Source of the DNA: a virus
Length of the DNA stretch: 64,000 bases
Virus record (IMG/VR): IMGVR_UViG_3300020202_000062
Coordinates: 64,001 to 128,000 of that record
Reading direction: 5' to 3' (one strand)
Part shown: positions 45,901 through 55,000 of the stretch, piece by piece
Layout of the letters: each line of letters begins with the position of its first letter
How positions within the stretch are numbered: the stretch's first letter is position 1
Position numbers and translations under genes: made by a program
Notes under the pieces: model-generated
Databases searched by the model: none
The model's input: the letters and a program-made list of their open reading frames with translations, nothing else
Told to the model about the DNA's origin: nothing

Positions 45901-47372
45901 ACAGTAAACTGCTGCGTGCCACCTGGTGCGTCTGGTCGGATAACCAATAGGTCGTCACCATCACCAACACCAGTCTGAATGTATTCTTCCGGAACTGGCG
46001 TAGCATCTAGCCTATATGGCAGGACTGCATATCCCTCGTTCTCTAGGCCACCAACATCCCAGAACGATTGCTGCCACTTGAAGTATCCCCAGGTCGTTGG
46101 GTACTTTTCGGCAAGTTGTTCAACCAATGAATAGAATCTTGGGTTTGGCACATTGTCATATCCCATATACGGGGTTGCGCCGTCTACATCGTCTTCGATG
46201 TCAGACATCTCTAAAACGTACGGTGTAGCCCCTGCATAGTTTGAGTCAGGAGTTGCGCCGAACGCCTGCCACAGATTGAGTTCTCGACGTAGAGCCAACT
46301 TGAATGCTTCGACGCCAACACCTGGCCTATTGATATGCACGTCGAGAATACGGATCTTGTACGTTTCATTATCTTCTAGGAGGTGGCGGTCAAGGTCTAC
46401 CATTAGACCAAAGTCATCGAACCAGTTCCATACATGATGGGGATTCTGATTGTAGATTTCTTCGTTGAGTTCTAGATTCTCATACGACTTGCGAGTGTAG
46501 ACAACCCTCTTGAGTTCATCCCAGAAGAATACATCTTCATCTTCTCCTGCGGCATAAAACTCTTCTAGGCTGGCTGTGCGAGCCAACTGAACGTCATCGC
46601 CAACAATGCTCCACAGAACCTCGGGAGCGTCAGCCGCAGCGTACACCCAGGCAACCTGAGTTACATCTGCCGTATCAATATAACGCTGTAGGTCCAAGTA
46701 GTTAAGACCGTAATCTAGATCATCTAGCCACTGACCGGCTACTGCATTGACTAACTGTGCGCCTACGCTAAGTGGGGTAGCAGACTCGGAGTCTAGATCG
46801 CGAGTCTCCATCCATTCTGGGAATGTATCCAGAACGGTTCTGGTTCGGTCGTAGAGTGGTGCCATGACTGGAGTGTCAATCTCAATACGAATCAGAACCT
46901 CTACGCCAATATCAGCGGTGTCTAGTGTGGTGTTTAACCTCAATACAAACCTAGCGTATCTGTAAGAATCAATGATGAAGATAGGATTATTGGCATAGTT
47001 GTTAGTCTGGCTTGCCCACTCATCTGGATACTCTAAGTCGGGATCGTCAATGGTGTAGATATCAAGTATGGGAGTGATATCACCTGTTCCGGGGAGATTT
47101 GTAAACTCCACCTGATACGACATGATGTCGATGCGGCCACTGTAATCAATGTAGCGGCCAGAAGAGATAATTCCGGAGTCTGTTACGTTTGCAGATATTT
47201 GATTGATACCCGTCCAGGTGCGATCACCCAGAGAGTTTAGACCATAGTTTGACTTGGTAGTCGAGTAGTTCTTGTAAACATCATTATTATACAGGTCTAT
47301 AACCTCAGAAGACCAGACCGCACCGGCCTGGTCAAAATCATCCTGAGTTAGACGTAAGTAGTAAACCTTCAC
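42978..47372 (-). CDS. large baseplate protein with Ig-like domains and 16 Ala-Thr-Pro motifs (1464 aa)
   Basis: FDDFGL..DL.R...EDN..YK.RI wedge-like motif; ADG....I...D.YGNP Big_1-like domains; downstream of baseplate J. Confidence 0.75.
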   Translation of the reverse strand: MKVYYLRLTQDDFDQAGAVWSSEVIDLYNNDVYKNYSTTKSNYGLNSLGDRTWTGINQISANVTDSGIISSGRYIDYSGRIDIMSYQVEFTNLPGTGDITPILDIYTIDDPDLEYPDEWASQTNNYANNPIFIIDSYRYARFVLRLNTTLDTADIGVEVLIRIEIDTPVMAPLYDRTRTVLDTFPEWMETRDLDSESATPLSVGAQLVNAVAGQWLDDLDYGLNYLDLQRYIDTADVTQVAWVYAAADAPEVLWSIVGDDVQLARTASLEEFYAAGEDEDVFFWDELKRVVYTRKSYENLELNEEIYNQNPHHVWNWFDDFGLMVDLDRHLLEDNETYKIRILDVHINRPGVGVEAFKLALRRELNLWQAFGATPDSNYAGATPYVLEMSDIEDDVDGATPYMGYDNVPNPRFYSLVEQLAEKYPTTWGYFKWQQSFWDVGGLENEGYAVLPYRLDATPVPEEYIQTGVGDGDDLLVIRPDAPGGTQQFTVRLKARGRQRDSVNLYPKVAADVYIYGSADRKVYDNPTVEDWLTVRITDSAATPSVYYHSFQLSSKSNVDAANPTNTANCYATYRIWAEDGHLDDEQIWYDASGNEYDTSAATPFSIHINDVDSVALYFGRFNPDIQAFADFPTTGNARAWWSDNSASKLTANNAQTALTYGGSGTPSVVFEPLTTSYTIGRWKSEKQMFNILMNGAVPDLTQQSMTITIPEISWNPYLEATPNKKYEVEIITQDDDGTHGAYVVDPDFNSTFISKEYLLVNGSANWDGAGVRQFSTAVTTLEFSIGSGATDYPVASGQWNIFEATQTTEVEGYVDENGPWRNGVPAPIGNTNFYLTSLILNRDDFNIPNTENFVVTWMGAEVLDNDNVIVWMDSNTVKPAFDDGTSVTYPDDAIEEEWDDDSEVYAYSPIAIRARLRPGIHPAWHPQVHSGWFYDRESEYYLYANRKDETVTSATPVLESVARQGAPIIVYTDEASPQLMRQVAFYDTATPGLTLRGKQNVYGSGTNKLFLGYEDLYEVSVTDLETGLPVEADTETFTNEISTVGVTDRDKIYEVTYKLNRSFYAYNDYIHTDGSQRTKLVFDKLPVDFGASGYTVTYEDSVYDEATPIDVPLNTFYTTVEEGFLFISFEEYSLAGIEVRYSPSKLLADGQDYMLITIRSVDEYGNPKPNQTFNMSTSWGEFDIPVTDADGFAIPSGNGSSSNFVVLTDDNGSAVVFLTAGGSTASMTGTVTITGDVSASFNFDIEQSATPSYRLTALPEVDTIPADGLTKVRVFGKVENSSRLPVASAKVNYRKGRDIYTVLNTDLPYDGSVTADSLGRFTVGPFTAATPWDPGYWFVMVETDRVSASATPQYDMVGDVVFWLETPDLQYGSEGFTNLSVPLVQMANAADTNPYYSDINGYPVYYDEATPNSAATPVTIEWEPPAWYAIPRYDQYQLGFLGSGFYDVTLDGLQSMHPDYRDV

Positions 47373-47390
47373 TTGTAAACTCCCTAGGGC

Positions 47391-48296
47391 TTAACAGGAA
47401 GCTAAGCCTACATAATTAACACCTACAGATCGGTGAGTATCCTTGAACCAACCCTTACATGACTGACATTGGTACTGCTGGAAGATCGCTGTTGTAGTAC
47501 GGGAAACTCCGCGCTTCTGGACATGCTTAGATCCACATCTTGGGCATCCTGCGTCCACGTTGTATAGCCTTCTGTTTGGTAGGTTTGGAATCCATGGCAG
47601 TAGTTCGTGGTACATGTCTTCCATCAGGGTGACATCGCGCCTATTGTAACGCTCCATTGACTTCCACGCCTTAGCATCACCTGCTAGGCACTTCGCCCAT
47701 AGTTCGAAGCCTTCATGCTGAACTTTGCCCTCTAAGCCTAACTGCTTGGATACATGCTCCAACTTCCGGCTCTGAAACTTAAACTTCTTGGATAGGCTAT
47801 AAAGATCAACATTCTTGTACGGTGACGGTGGACCCATCTTTGCTTCTAGAAACTCTCTGTTCAGATGAGGGATGTCGAAAGTGGTGCCGTTGTAGTGCAT
47901 CACTGCGTCTGCCTCATCTAAAAGGTTCCAAGCGGCTTCGATCATTTCCTGATGGCCATCTTGAGTTGAGAAGAACATAGTCTTCTTCTTCTGATCGCCT
48001 AACCATTTTGCCGAGAAACATATGACCTTGGCGGTCTCCACAATCTGGTTGAGTCCTACGTTCTGGTCCCAAAGGCCCCAAGTGTAAACTAGGTTAGGTG
48101 AAGTCTCGATATCTAGGAGAAGTATCTTGGGACCTTGCCCAGTCTCTCTGATAATCTCATCTAACTTCTCTTCGAACTCCAACTGCTTGTTGACCTTGTC
48201 AGCCTCGCGCTTACACTGAGGATTGTGGTACTTCTGGTTATGTGTTCTAGGGGTGAAATATTCACCACACTCAGAACTTGCACACTTGATAGTCAA
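47391..48296 (-). CDS. RNase H-fold (DnaQ-like) 3'-5' exonuclease with zinc ribbons
   Basis: LLDIETSP, YNGTTFDIP, YNRRDV; C-terminal CPRC...CQSC. Confidence 0.88.
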   Translation of the reverse strand: MTIKCASSECGEYFTPRTHNQKYHNPQCKREADKVNKQLEFEEKLDEIIRETGQGPKILLLDIETSPNLVYTWGLWDQNVGLNQIVETAKVICFSAKWLGDQKKKTMFFSTQDGHQEMIEAAWNLLDEADAVMHYNGTTFDIPHLNREFLEAKMGPPSPYKNVDLYSLSKKFKFQSRKLEHVSKQLGLEGKVQHEGFELWAKCLAGDAKAWKSMERYNRRDVTLMEDMYHELLPWIPNLPNRRLYNVDAGCPRCGSKHVQKRGVSRTTTAIFQQYQCQSCKGWFKDTHRSVGVNYVGLASC

Positions 48297-48307
48297 ATCG
48301 ACTCCTC

Positions 48308-49453
48308 TTATTGTGTTACTGCTACTTCAATTCGCCCAGCAACAACTAGTTCGTCTTCGTTAGGCTTGTAGTTCTTCCGCAACGTCTCTGTGCCGTTTTT
48401 GGCGAATGTAGTAATATGTAAGTCACTGATCAGGTCTGAACTCTCTAGAACGATCTGAACAAGTCTATTATACACCAAAGTCTGGCCGGGTAGTAAAGAA
48501 TTCAGATAACGAATTACCGCAATCCTTGCCCTACCTGCCACTACGTCAGCCTGCGCTGACGTTAGACTCGGTGTAATTAGTGATATCGTAATGTCAAATG
48601 GGACCAACTCTGGATCTTTGACAAACATTGTAACACCGACAGGACGTACCGTTTCAAGTGCCGATAGAACTTCTCTTCTAACACGAGCCTGGAAGGTAGT
48701 ATCTTCTGCGGTTAGGATTACCTCGAAGGACCCCAGGCCGTAAGGTGCTGTACGGATTCGGATATCTCTAACACCGTTGATGCTCAATGCTTTGAATCGA
48801 ATAGCCTCCACAGTTCCAGATGCTGCGACCCTTACTGACTTGATGATTCTGGCCCTATACGTAGCATCGTCTTCTGAACTGGCTTGCTGCTGAATAGACT
48901 TGGGATTGGTGCACTTAACTGATGCTCCTGCTGGAGACATAAAATTATGCACAGTTAGGGATCCTGCACCGGCCGTATGTACTGAATCATTGAAGGCTGG
49001 GCGGATACTACCAAATGCTCGCGTCCTACCGGCAGGTATAACAACCTGCTCTGTCAAGACGTAAGTGAACTGAGCACCTACAAATCCATCGATGCTTGAG
49101 TAGACCCTGGTACCAGCAGGGATGGTGATATCTGTATGATAGGGTGAATCTAGATAGAAGTAGAAACTACCACTTCTCTTGTCGATTGCGGTAAGTTCTG
49201 AAACCGTCTTACGCTGGACGTTATACAGGGAGCCAATAAGGTCTAAGGCTCGACCTGTAGCAGTAGACACAACGGACTGTGCCAAGTTGTAGTCAAGAGC
49301 GTCGTAGGCATCACCGATCTCATTGACAATGGCTTCGGTAAACGCCCTGGCGACGGAGCCTGGTCCGATGGCCGTAATCGGTGTTTCATCTTGCAACTTC
49401 TGCAAAGCCTGCCTAAGGATGTCTGACTTCTTCTTCTTCACATATAGCGCCAT
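48308..49453 (-). CDS. baseplate J-like wedge protein
   Basis: ATGRALDLIG..YNVQR, IPAGTRV, EDDATYRARI, GT..AI, RPVGV. Confidence 0.9.
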   Translation of the reverse strand: MALYVKKKKSDILRQALQKLQDETPITAIGPGSVARAFTEAIVNEIGDAYDALDYNLAQSVVSTATGRALDLIGSLYNVQRKTVSELTAIDKRSGSFYFYLDSPYHTDITIPAGTRVYSSIDGFVGAQFTYVLTEQVVIPAGRTRAFGSIRPAFNDSVHTAGAGSLTVHNFMSPAGASVKCTNPKSIQQQASSEDDATYRARIIKSVRVAASGTVEAIRFKALSINGVRDIRIRTAPYGLGSFEVILTAEDTTFQARVRREVLSALETVRPVGVTMFVKDPELVPFDITISLITPSLTSAQADVVAGRARIAVIRYLNSLLPGQTLVYNRLVQIVLESSDLISDLHITTFAKNGTETLRKNYKPNEDELVVAGRIEVAVTQ

Positions 49454-49836
49454 TATACTACCTCTAATTCCTGTTCGATAGATAGAAGCAGTGTATTCTG
49501 GCTGGGCGACCCTACGTATAGATCGAACCTAATGGTCTGCGGACCTGTAGGTACGGCGTTGATCGTGATTTGCTTACCGTTGAATCTACCCTCCCTGTTA
49601 AGGGCGGCGCGGATCAGGGCTTTGCCGAACTCTGCTGTTTCTCTAGTCTGAGGCTCTCCATACAGTTTACTTAACTCTGTACCGAGGCTTGGGTATAGCG
49701 TCCAATCTCCTGGCTCTGTCATAAGACGAATATAGGCCTGCTGTGCATCGTCTCTCCAGTTGGTGCCCGTCAAAGCCAGATCACCATTAGGAGATAGTTT
49801 GATGTCACCTGATTGCGAAAAATAAAAATCTGCCAT
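49453..49836 (-). CDS. gp25/W-like baseplate wedge protein
   Basis: GDLAL...RLMTEPGDW.LYP.LG pattern immediately upstream of baseplate J. Confidence 0.8.
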   Translation of the reverse strand: MADFYFSQSGDIKLSPNGDLALTGTNWRDDAQQAYIRLMTEPGDWTLYPSLGTELSKLYGEPQTRETAEFGKALIRAALNREGRFNGKQITINAVPTGPQTIRFDLYVGSPSQNTLLLSIEQELEVV

Positions 49837-49869
49837 ACTCAGCCCCTGTTCATAATACTAGTAGCGGAC

Positions 49870-50748
49870 CTAGGCCCTAAACGTCGGTCGACCATAACCA
49901 ACAATCTTAGCATCGATTGGCCTATTGCGCCTATATACCCCGCCACCATTGGTCTGGGATCCTGAGTTACCTGATGCAGTATTGCCTTCTATGGTCTGGA
50001 TTTCAGTTGAGGAGATAACCCTCTCTACAATGCCGACATGATTCACGTAATATTCGTTGGTATCAAAATCGTAGAAGACGATATCTCCTGCCTTCGGACC
50101 TGTGGTAAACCACCTATTTGCTTTCTTAAATCCGTCAGCCATCGTAACCGTCCAAGCATCTGGATTGGGAATAGATACTCCTGCCTTCTTGGCCATAGCC
50201 GCAATAAAGGTAGCACACCATGATTGGTTGTTTGGGTGGCCCACCTGGGCAGCATACTTGTTGTCGTTATTGGATCCCTCTATATACCCCACCTCTGCTG
50301 CTGCCACAGCCAAGAACTTCCTAAGAGTTCCTGTGCTACTAACAGTGTTGTCTACGGATTTAGTGGTGGTTTTCTTGGTGGACTGAGTCTTCTTCTTGGA
50401 GTCTTCGAAATCATCTTCTATTCCGCGGTATAGGCTCTTGAAGTCATCATCAACATCGTGACTAGTCAAGGTGGGTTCAGAGAACTTTGTTGCCTTAGAG
50501 TTGAACTTCTTGTCATTCCACTTGAGGCCATCGTCCTCATTTGTTATTACCTTGACTGTATCCCCAACAAAACTGACAGACTTAGTCTCGGGACATATGA
50601 CAATGCCTACACCATCTCCCGCGAAGATTTCAATGTCGCCATTGTCTCTCACCCTGAAGAATGATGGGTTGTCAGGATGGGTTAAGCCTACCTCACGGGG
50701 CTGGAACTTCTTCTGTTCTTTTACGATCTTTGTAGGTCTCTTGATCAT
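49870..50748 (-). CDS. spike-like beta-strand N-terminus fused to a CHAP amidase/peptidase
   Basis: WCATF, HVGIV, IEGNT CHAP motifs after a Lys/Thr linker. Confidence 0.85.
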   Translation of the reverse strand: MIKRPTKIVKEQKKFQPREVGLTHPDNPSFFRVRDNGDIEIFAGDGVGIVICPETKSVSFVGDTVKVITNEDDGLKWNDKKFNSKATKFSEPTLTSHDVDDDFKSLYRGIEDDFEDSKKKTQSTKKTTTKSVDNTVSSTGTLRKFLAVAAAEVGYIEGSNNDNKYAAQVGHPNNQSWCATFIAAMAKKAGVSIPNPDAWTVTMADGFKKANRWFTTGPKAGDIVFYDFDTNEYYVNHVGIVERVISSTEIQTIEGNTASGNSGSQTNGGGVYRRNRPIDAKIVGYGRPTFRA

Positions 50749-50750
50749 GA

Positions 50751-51122
50751 TTACATCCTAAACAAAAATCTTGGCACACCTGTATCGGCATTGGTTTGGC
50801 GATCTAAATCGTACTTAGCATAAGAGTGGTTATAGAAATGAGTGATAACTGGATTGGCTTCGGATGCCCCTCGGAAAGCCACCCAACATAGGCGACCTGG
50901 CTCGGGTGCCACAGGTTGCACACCCAGCATTGTGGGGCATGGTACGTGTTTGATAATGTCTGTCGGAAGATCTGAGTCTGATGCTGCAAGGAGCACAGTG
51001 GCAGTATTTGCCTCTATATTGTAGTCTATGATAACACCTTGCCTACCACGTGGTTTCTCTAGTTCTCTTTGGTCAATCAGTTTTCTGATGTGCTCTGTGA
51101 ACTTAGGATTCATTGGGGCCAT
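50751..51122 (-). CDS. gpV/gp5-like central spike OB-fold protein
   Basis: G.IIDYN....ATV...VPCP...PEPG..CWVAF.G....PVI pattern between hub and wedge genes. Confidence 0.6.
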   Translation of the reverse strand: MAPMNPKFTEHIRKLIDQRELEKPRGRQGVIIDYNIEANTATVLLAASDSDLPTDIIKHVPCPTMLGVQPVAPEPGRLCWVAFRGASEANPVITHFYNHSYAKYDLDRQTNADTGVPRFLFRM

Positions 51123-52033
51123 TAGACATCATCCTCTTCTTCTGGTTCTTCTTCGTCTTCTAGAAGTTTCGCAAAGACAGGACGGCCAAATCCCTGGACT
51201 CCTGAGGTTTGAATGTTTCTTGTCTTCCGCCAAACACCGCCACCGTTATCTTGTGATCCAGATTCAGAAGAACTTGTATTCCCCTCAATGGTGATAATCT
51301 CATTAGCTGAGATTACCTGCTCAACGATACCTACGTGCTGGATGCGATTCTTTGAATCATTTGGGAAGTCAAAAAAGACGATATCACCCGGCTCTGGGGT
51401 TGAAAACCATTGGCCCGCCGCCTTAAACGCCTCGGCCATCGCTGGAGTATAGGCAGAGTCGGCCCCTGGCGGAAGGGTTACATTAGCCTGCTTGCACATG
51501 GCAACGATAAATGTTGCGCACCATGCCTGACCATTAGCATGACCTGCTATCTCTGCGTATGGATTCATGTTTGAGTTTCGTGGATTCTCTGTAGTACCCA
51601 ATTCATCTGTTACATATGTAAGGAATTGACCCACTTCACCAGAGGCTTCAATGTTTACTTTGCCTTCTGTGGTTGTGTTGTCAAAGTATCCATTACCAAA
51701 TCCATCCTTTAGCATGATGTCAAATGGCAATAGGCTTGCGCGACCTTCACCAAGAACAGCGTTTTCCCCCCCGCCCCACTTCAATAACCCTTGCAGATCT
51801 GTCGATAATGTCTGATTGAAAGCGTTAAGGGTTGATTCCTTTGGGCGATATAGGGCAGCACCTTGCATGATGTCAGATATGCTCAAAGTTGTTACGCCCA
51901 CCTGAGGGATGCCCCTGTTTGAAGCAGAAGTCTTCATAGGTGGACGCCCAGAAAGTTGTTGACCAGATGTCTTCTTTACGAAGCGTTCAGGTTTAGAATC
52001 ATCGAAGTCATCAATTGTATATCTGAAATTCAT
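51122..52033 (-). CDS. CHAP-domain peptidoglycan hydrolase
   Basis: WCATF, PGDIVFF, HVGIV, IEGNT. Confidence 0.88.
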   Translation of the reverse strand: MNFRYTIDDFDDSKPERFVKKTSGQQLSGRPPMKTSASNRGIPQVGVTTLSISDIMQGAALYRPKESTLNAFNQTLSTDLQGLLKWGGGENAVLGEGRASLLPFDIMLKDGFGNGYFDNTTTEGKVNIEASGEVGQFLTYVTDELGTTENPRNSNMNPYAEIAGHANGQAWCATFIVAMCKQANVTLPPGADSAYTPAMAEAFKAAGQWFSTPEPGDIVFFDFPNDSKNRIQHVGIVEQVISANEIITIEGNTSSSESGSQDNGGGVWRKTRNIQTSGVQGFGRPVFAKLLEDEEEPEEEDDV

Positions 52034-52035
52034 GG

Positions 52036-55000
52036 CTAGTCCTTATAGGCGTCAGCGCCACGCTCTGTGTCGTTGGTTAGTAGATCCTTGAAGTATATAG
52101 TAGCGAGACCTGACATAACCATAGCCCAGTTTGCGGTGTAAGGACGGGAATCTTCCATATAGGAATCCCATGCGATAAGCGGATGCTTCTCCGCCAAGCC
52201 TCGGAGAACCGTATCCCTATCTCCTGGTGGAGTTCCTTGCGGAACGTTGTGGAATACTACCGCTAGCAAACGAGCACTGTCTGTGCTGTCGTACTTATTA
52301 TACCTGTTGTAGCGAAGGGCGACGGTAGGCTCATAACCTGCTGCTTTTGGATCATCGATAAGAATCTTCTTAAGATAGGCTGTAGCCAAAACCGATCGGG
52401 CACTGTTTCTGTTTGATGAAATTCCCTCGTCCTGAGGATCCTGGAACGGCATGTTCTCGCCGGTAATTGCATCATAATCAAGTTCGTAAACATCCCTATC
52501 GTGGATCTGCAACTCGGCGGTGTTGATACCAGTGAGACGAACCGTAACTCTACCGTGCTCGGTTTCAACGTCGATGGTGTCACCGTCCTCGATATCTACG
52601 ACAGTTCCGATTTCGACTTCTGGCTTGTTTAGCGCAATCTCGTCCGGAGTTCTACCTGCCATTTCCATGATCTTCACCTGAGTCTGAGCATTCCACCAAC
52701 TTACCTCACGAACTAGGCGTGTGATGTCGATTGGCTTCCAACCAAGAGCAGATAGAAGATCATCTGACCGAATAAAACTATTCCCATGTTGGTCTTGTGT
52801 GTTAACTCGCACGCCCAAAATACCAGGCAGTAGGTTGATGCTGTGATGCCTTCCTACCGCTACACCCTGTGCGTATGACAGCCCTGCATCCATAGGCTTA
52901 CCGTCTTTGTTTAGGTACTGGATGTAGCACCCATGCTGATCTAGGAGATTATCCCTAACCCACTTCCAAGCATCCCAAGCTAGGTCACCAGCAGCAAGGC
53001 CGCCGACACCGCCGATGACAGCACCCGCAGGACCGCCACCAAGGAGGAACCCTGCGCCTGCACCCACCACGGGAGCGAGGCCAGTCGCAGCCATAGGAAG
53101 TAGAGCCTCAGCCAATCCGCCACCCTGGTTACCAAGTGCGCCTACATTGACCAATCCCATCTGCGAAGCAGAAGCCAAATCCTTAACTAAAGCACTTGAA
53201 CCCTGAGTGTATTGGAGGTGGCCGTACATCTGAGTCCTCATAACTTCAGCCAGATTTCTAGATGTGATCTTCTCAGACACAAAGTAACTCTCTGCATCTT
53301 GTGTCTTGTCGATTATCTGACGTACATCGTCTCGCATGTTCTTAACTGCCCACCAACTCCAGATCCAAGAGATCATTGACCACCTTGCGGGATCGTTGAT
53401 CGTTACAATAGCGTTAGGGGTAACAGATGTGATGAACCCTTGATCGGGAGTAAAGTGATGTACAACTTGCTCAACTTCGAACATACCGTAGCAACGCTCG
53501 TAAATATCAGCAATGTAAATTAGATCGTGAGGTCTGATATCTGGGTTTCCAAGAAGGATTATTTCTCCACTGTAGATATCCTTCAAATTTTCCTTAAGAT
53601 GCCATAAGGCAACGCGCTTCGACAACATTTCGTCAGCAGATCCTGTAGTTACCTTAGCAATGCTTCGTGCTGTTTCAATTGGATGAAGCAGTGGATGCAA
53701 GAACCCAAGGATACCGCTACCTTTAGCGTTATCCCAGAATAGGCCAGTCTCTACCGCAATTTCAGTCTGCCTTTCTGGCGGCGCACCCTTGTCCATATGG
53801 ACTGTTACTGGATACTTACCGTCAGAGGTAGCCGTAACTACTGTTGCAACATTGCTATTCTCTTCAATTTGATTAGAGATGATGTGCTGGAATGAGTTGA
53901 TGTAGTGCATACGCTGGAATGGCTCACGCACCTCAACTACAGGTTCTCCATATTCGCGAGTGAATGGGTTGTCTGCTAGGCGCAGGATTGAGCCCTCTTC
54001 TCCAGCCTTGAAGTAGATAGAATCGTTGAATACCTTGTTTAGTAGGTTGGCCTGCTTCTGCATTGAACCCACCATGTTTAATCCTTGCCCCATGGTCATC
54101 ATTGACATACGGAACATAGATACTAAACCAGACAATCCTGCGCTTACTGCGGTGAGCAACTTCCCAATAGTTGCGTCAAGTGCCTGATCAATATCCTCAA
54201 GGGCAGCACCAAGTAGAGAATCGGCTTCGTCACCTTCGGAAGCGTTCTGTTCCATCCATGCTTTTAGTTCTTGCTCGAAAGCAGATATTGGCATAGGTTC
54301 GACTGTGGAATGCTTGATCCTCATGTACTCTTTCCACAGCTTTTCAACGCGGTTAAACTTCCAACCTTCGCCCCCAAAGATAGCGTCAGGAGTGAAATCG
54401 AACAATTCTCCGGTATCGCCCAAGGCTTCAATCGAGTTGTCGGTGAAGAGTTGACCCTTATCAACCTTCCTACTGACGACTACCACTACCCAAGCACGAC
54501 GCCATGGATCCTGCCATAGCCACTTCTTGAATTCCTCAATATACTCACCATAAAGATCTTCGTTGTCCTCATGGTTTTCTAGTGTTATCTTCTCCCACTC
54601 TCCTTCTACCGAATCATAATCTTGGAATTCTTTTCTGAACTGATCCCAGATCTCTTCTGCTTCGTCTACAGTTCTCTTGCCTATGAGTCTAGCCGTAGAG
54701 TTTTCGCGCTCCGCAAATTCCTCATCATACAGAAGCCTAGCAAGGTAACCGATGTTCTGGGTTTTGTCATCCTGGTAAAGTCCAGATCCCCTATTTATAT
54801 ATACGGGCACGTTCTCTTCTAGGCCACCCTGCTCAAACTCATACAGGCCAGCGCTATCGGCACGTTCTTCATCGAACCAGTCGAAGGTTCCGTCTGAATA
54901 TGTGTTTCCATCAGACGATTCTTCTAGTTCGATTTCTTCGTCTGAGGAATCTGCAATCGCTTCCTGGCCACCTTCGCGATCTGCGTTTCTCATTCCTGGT

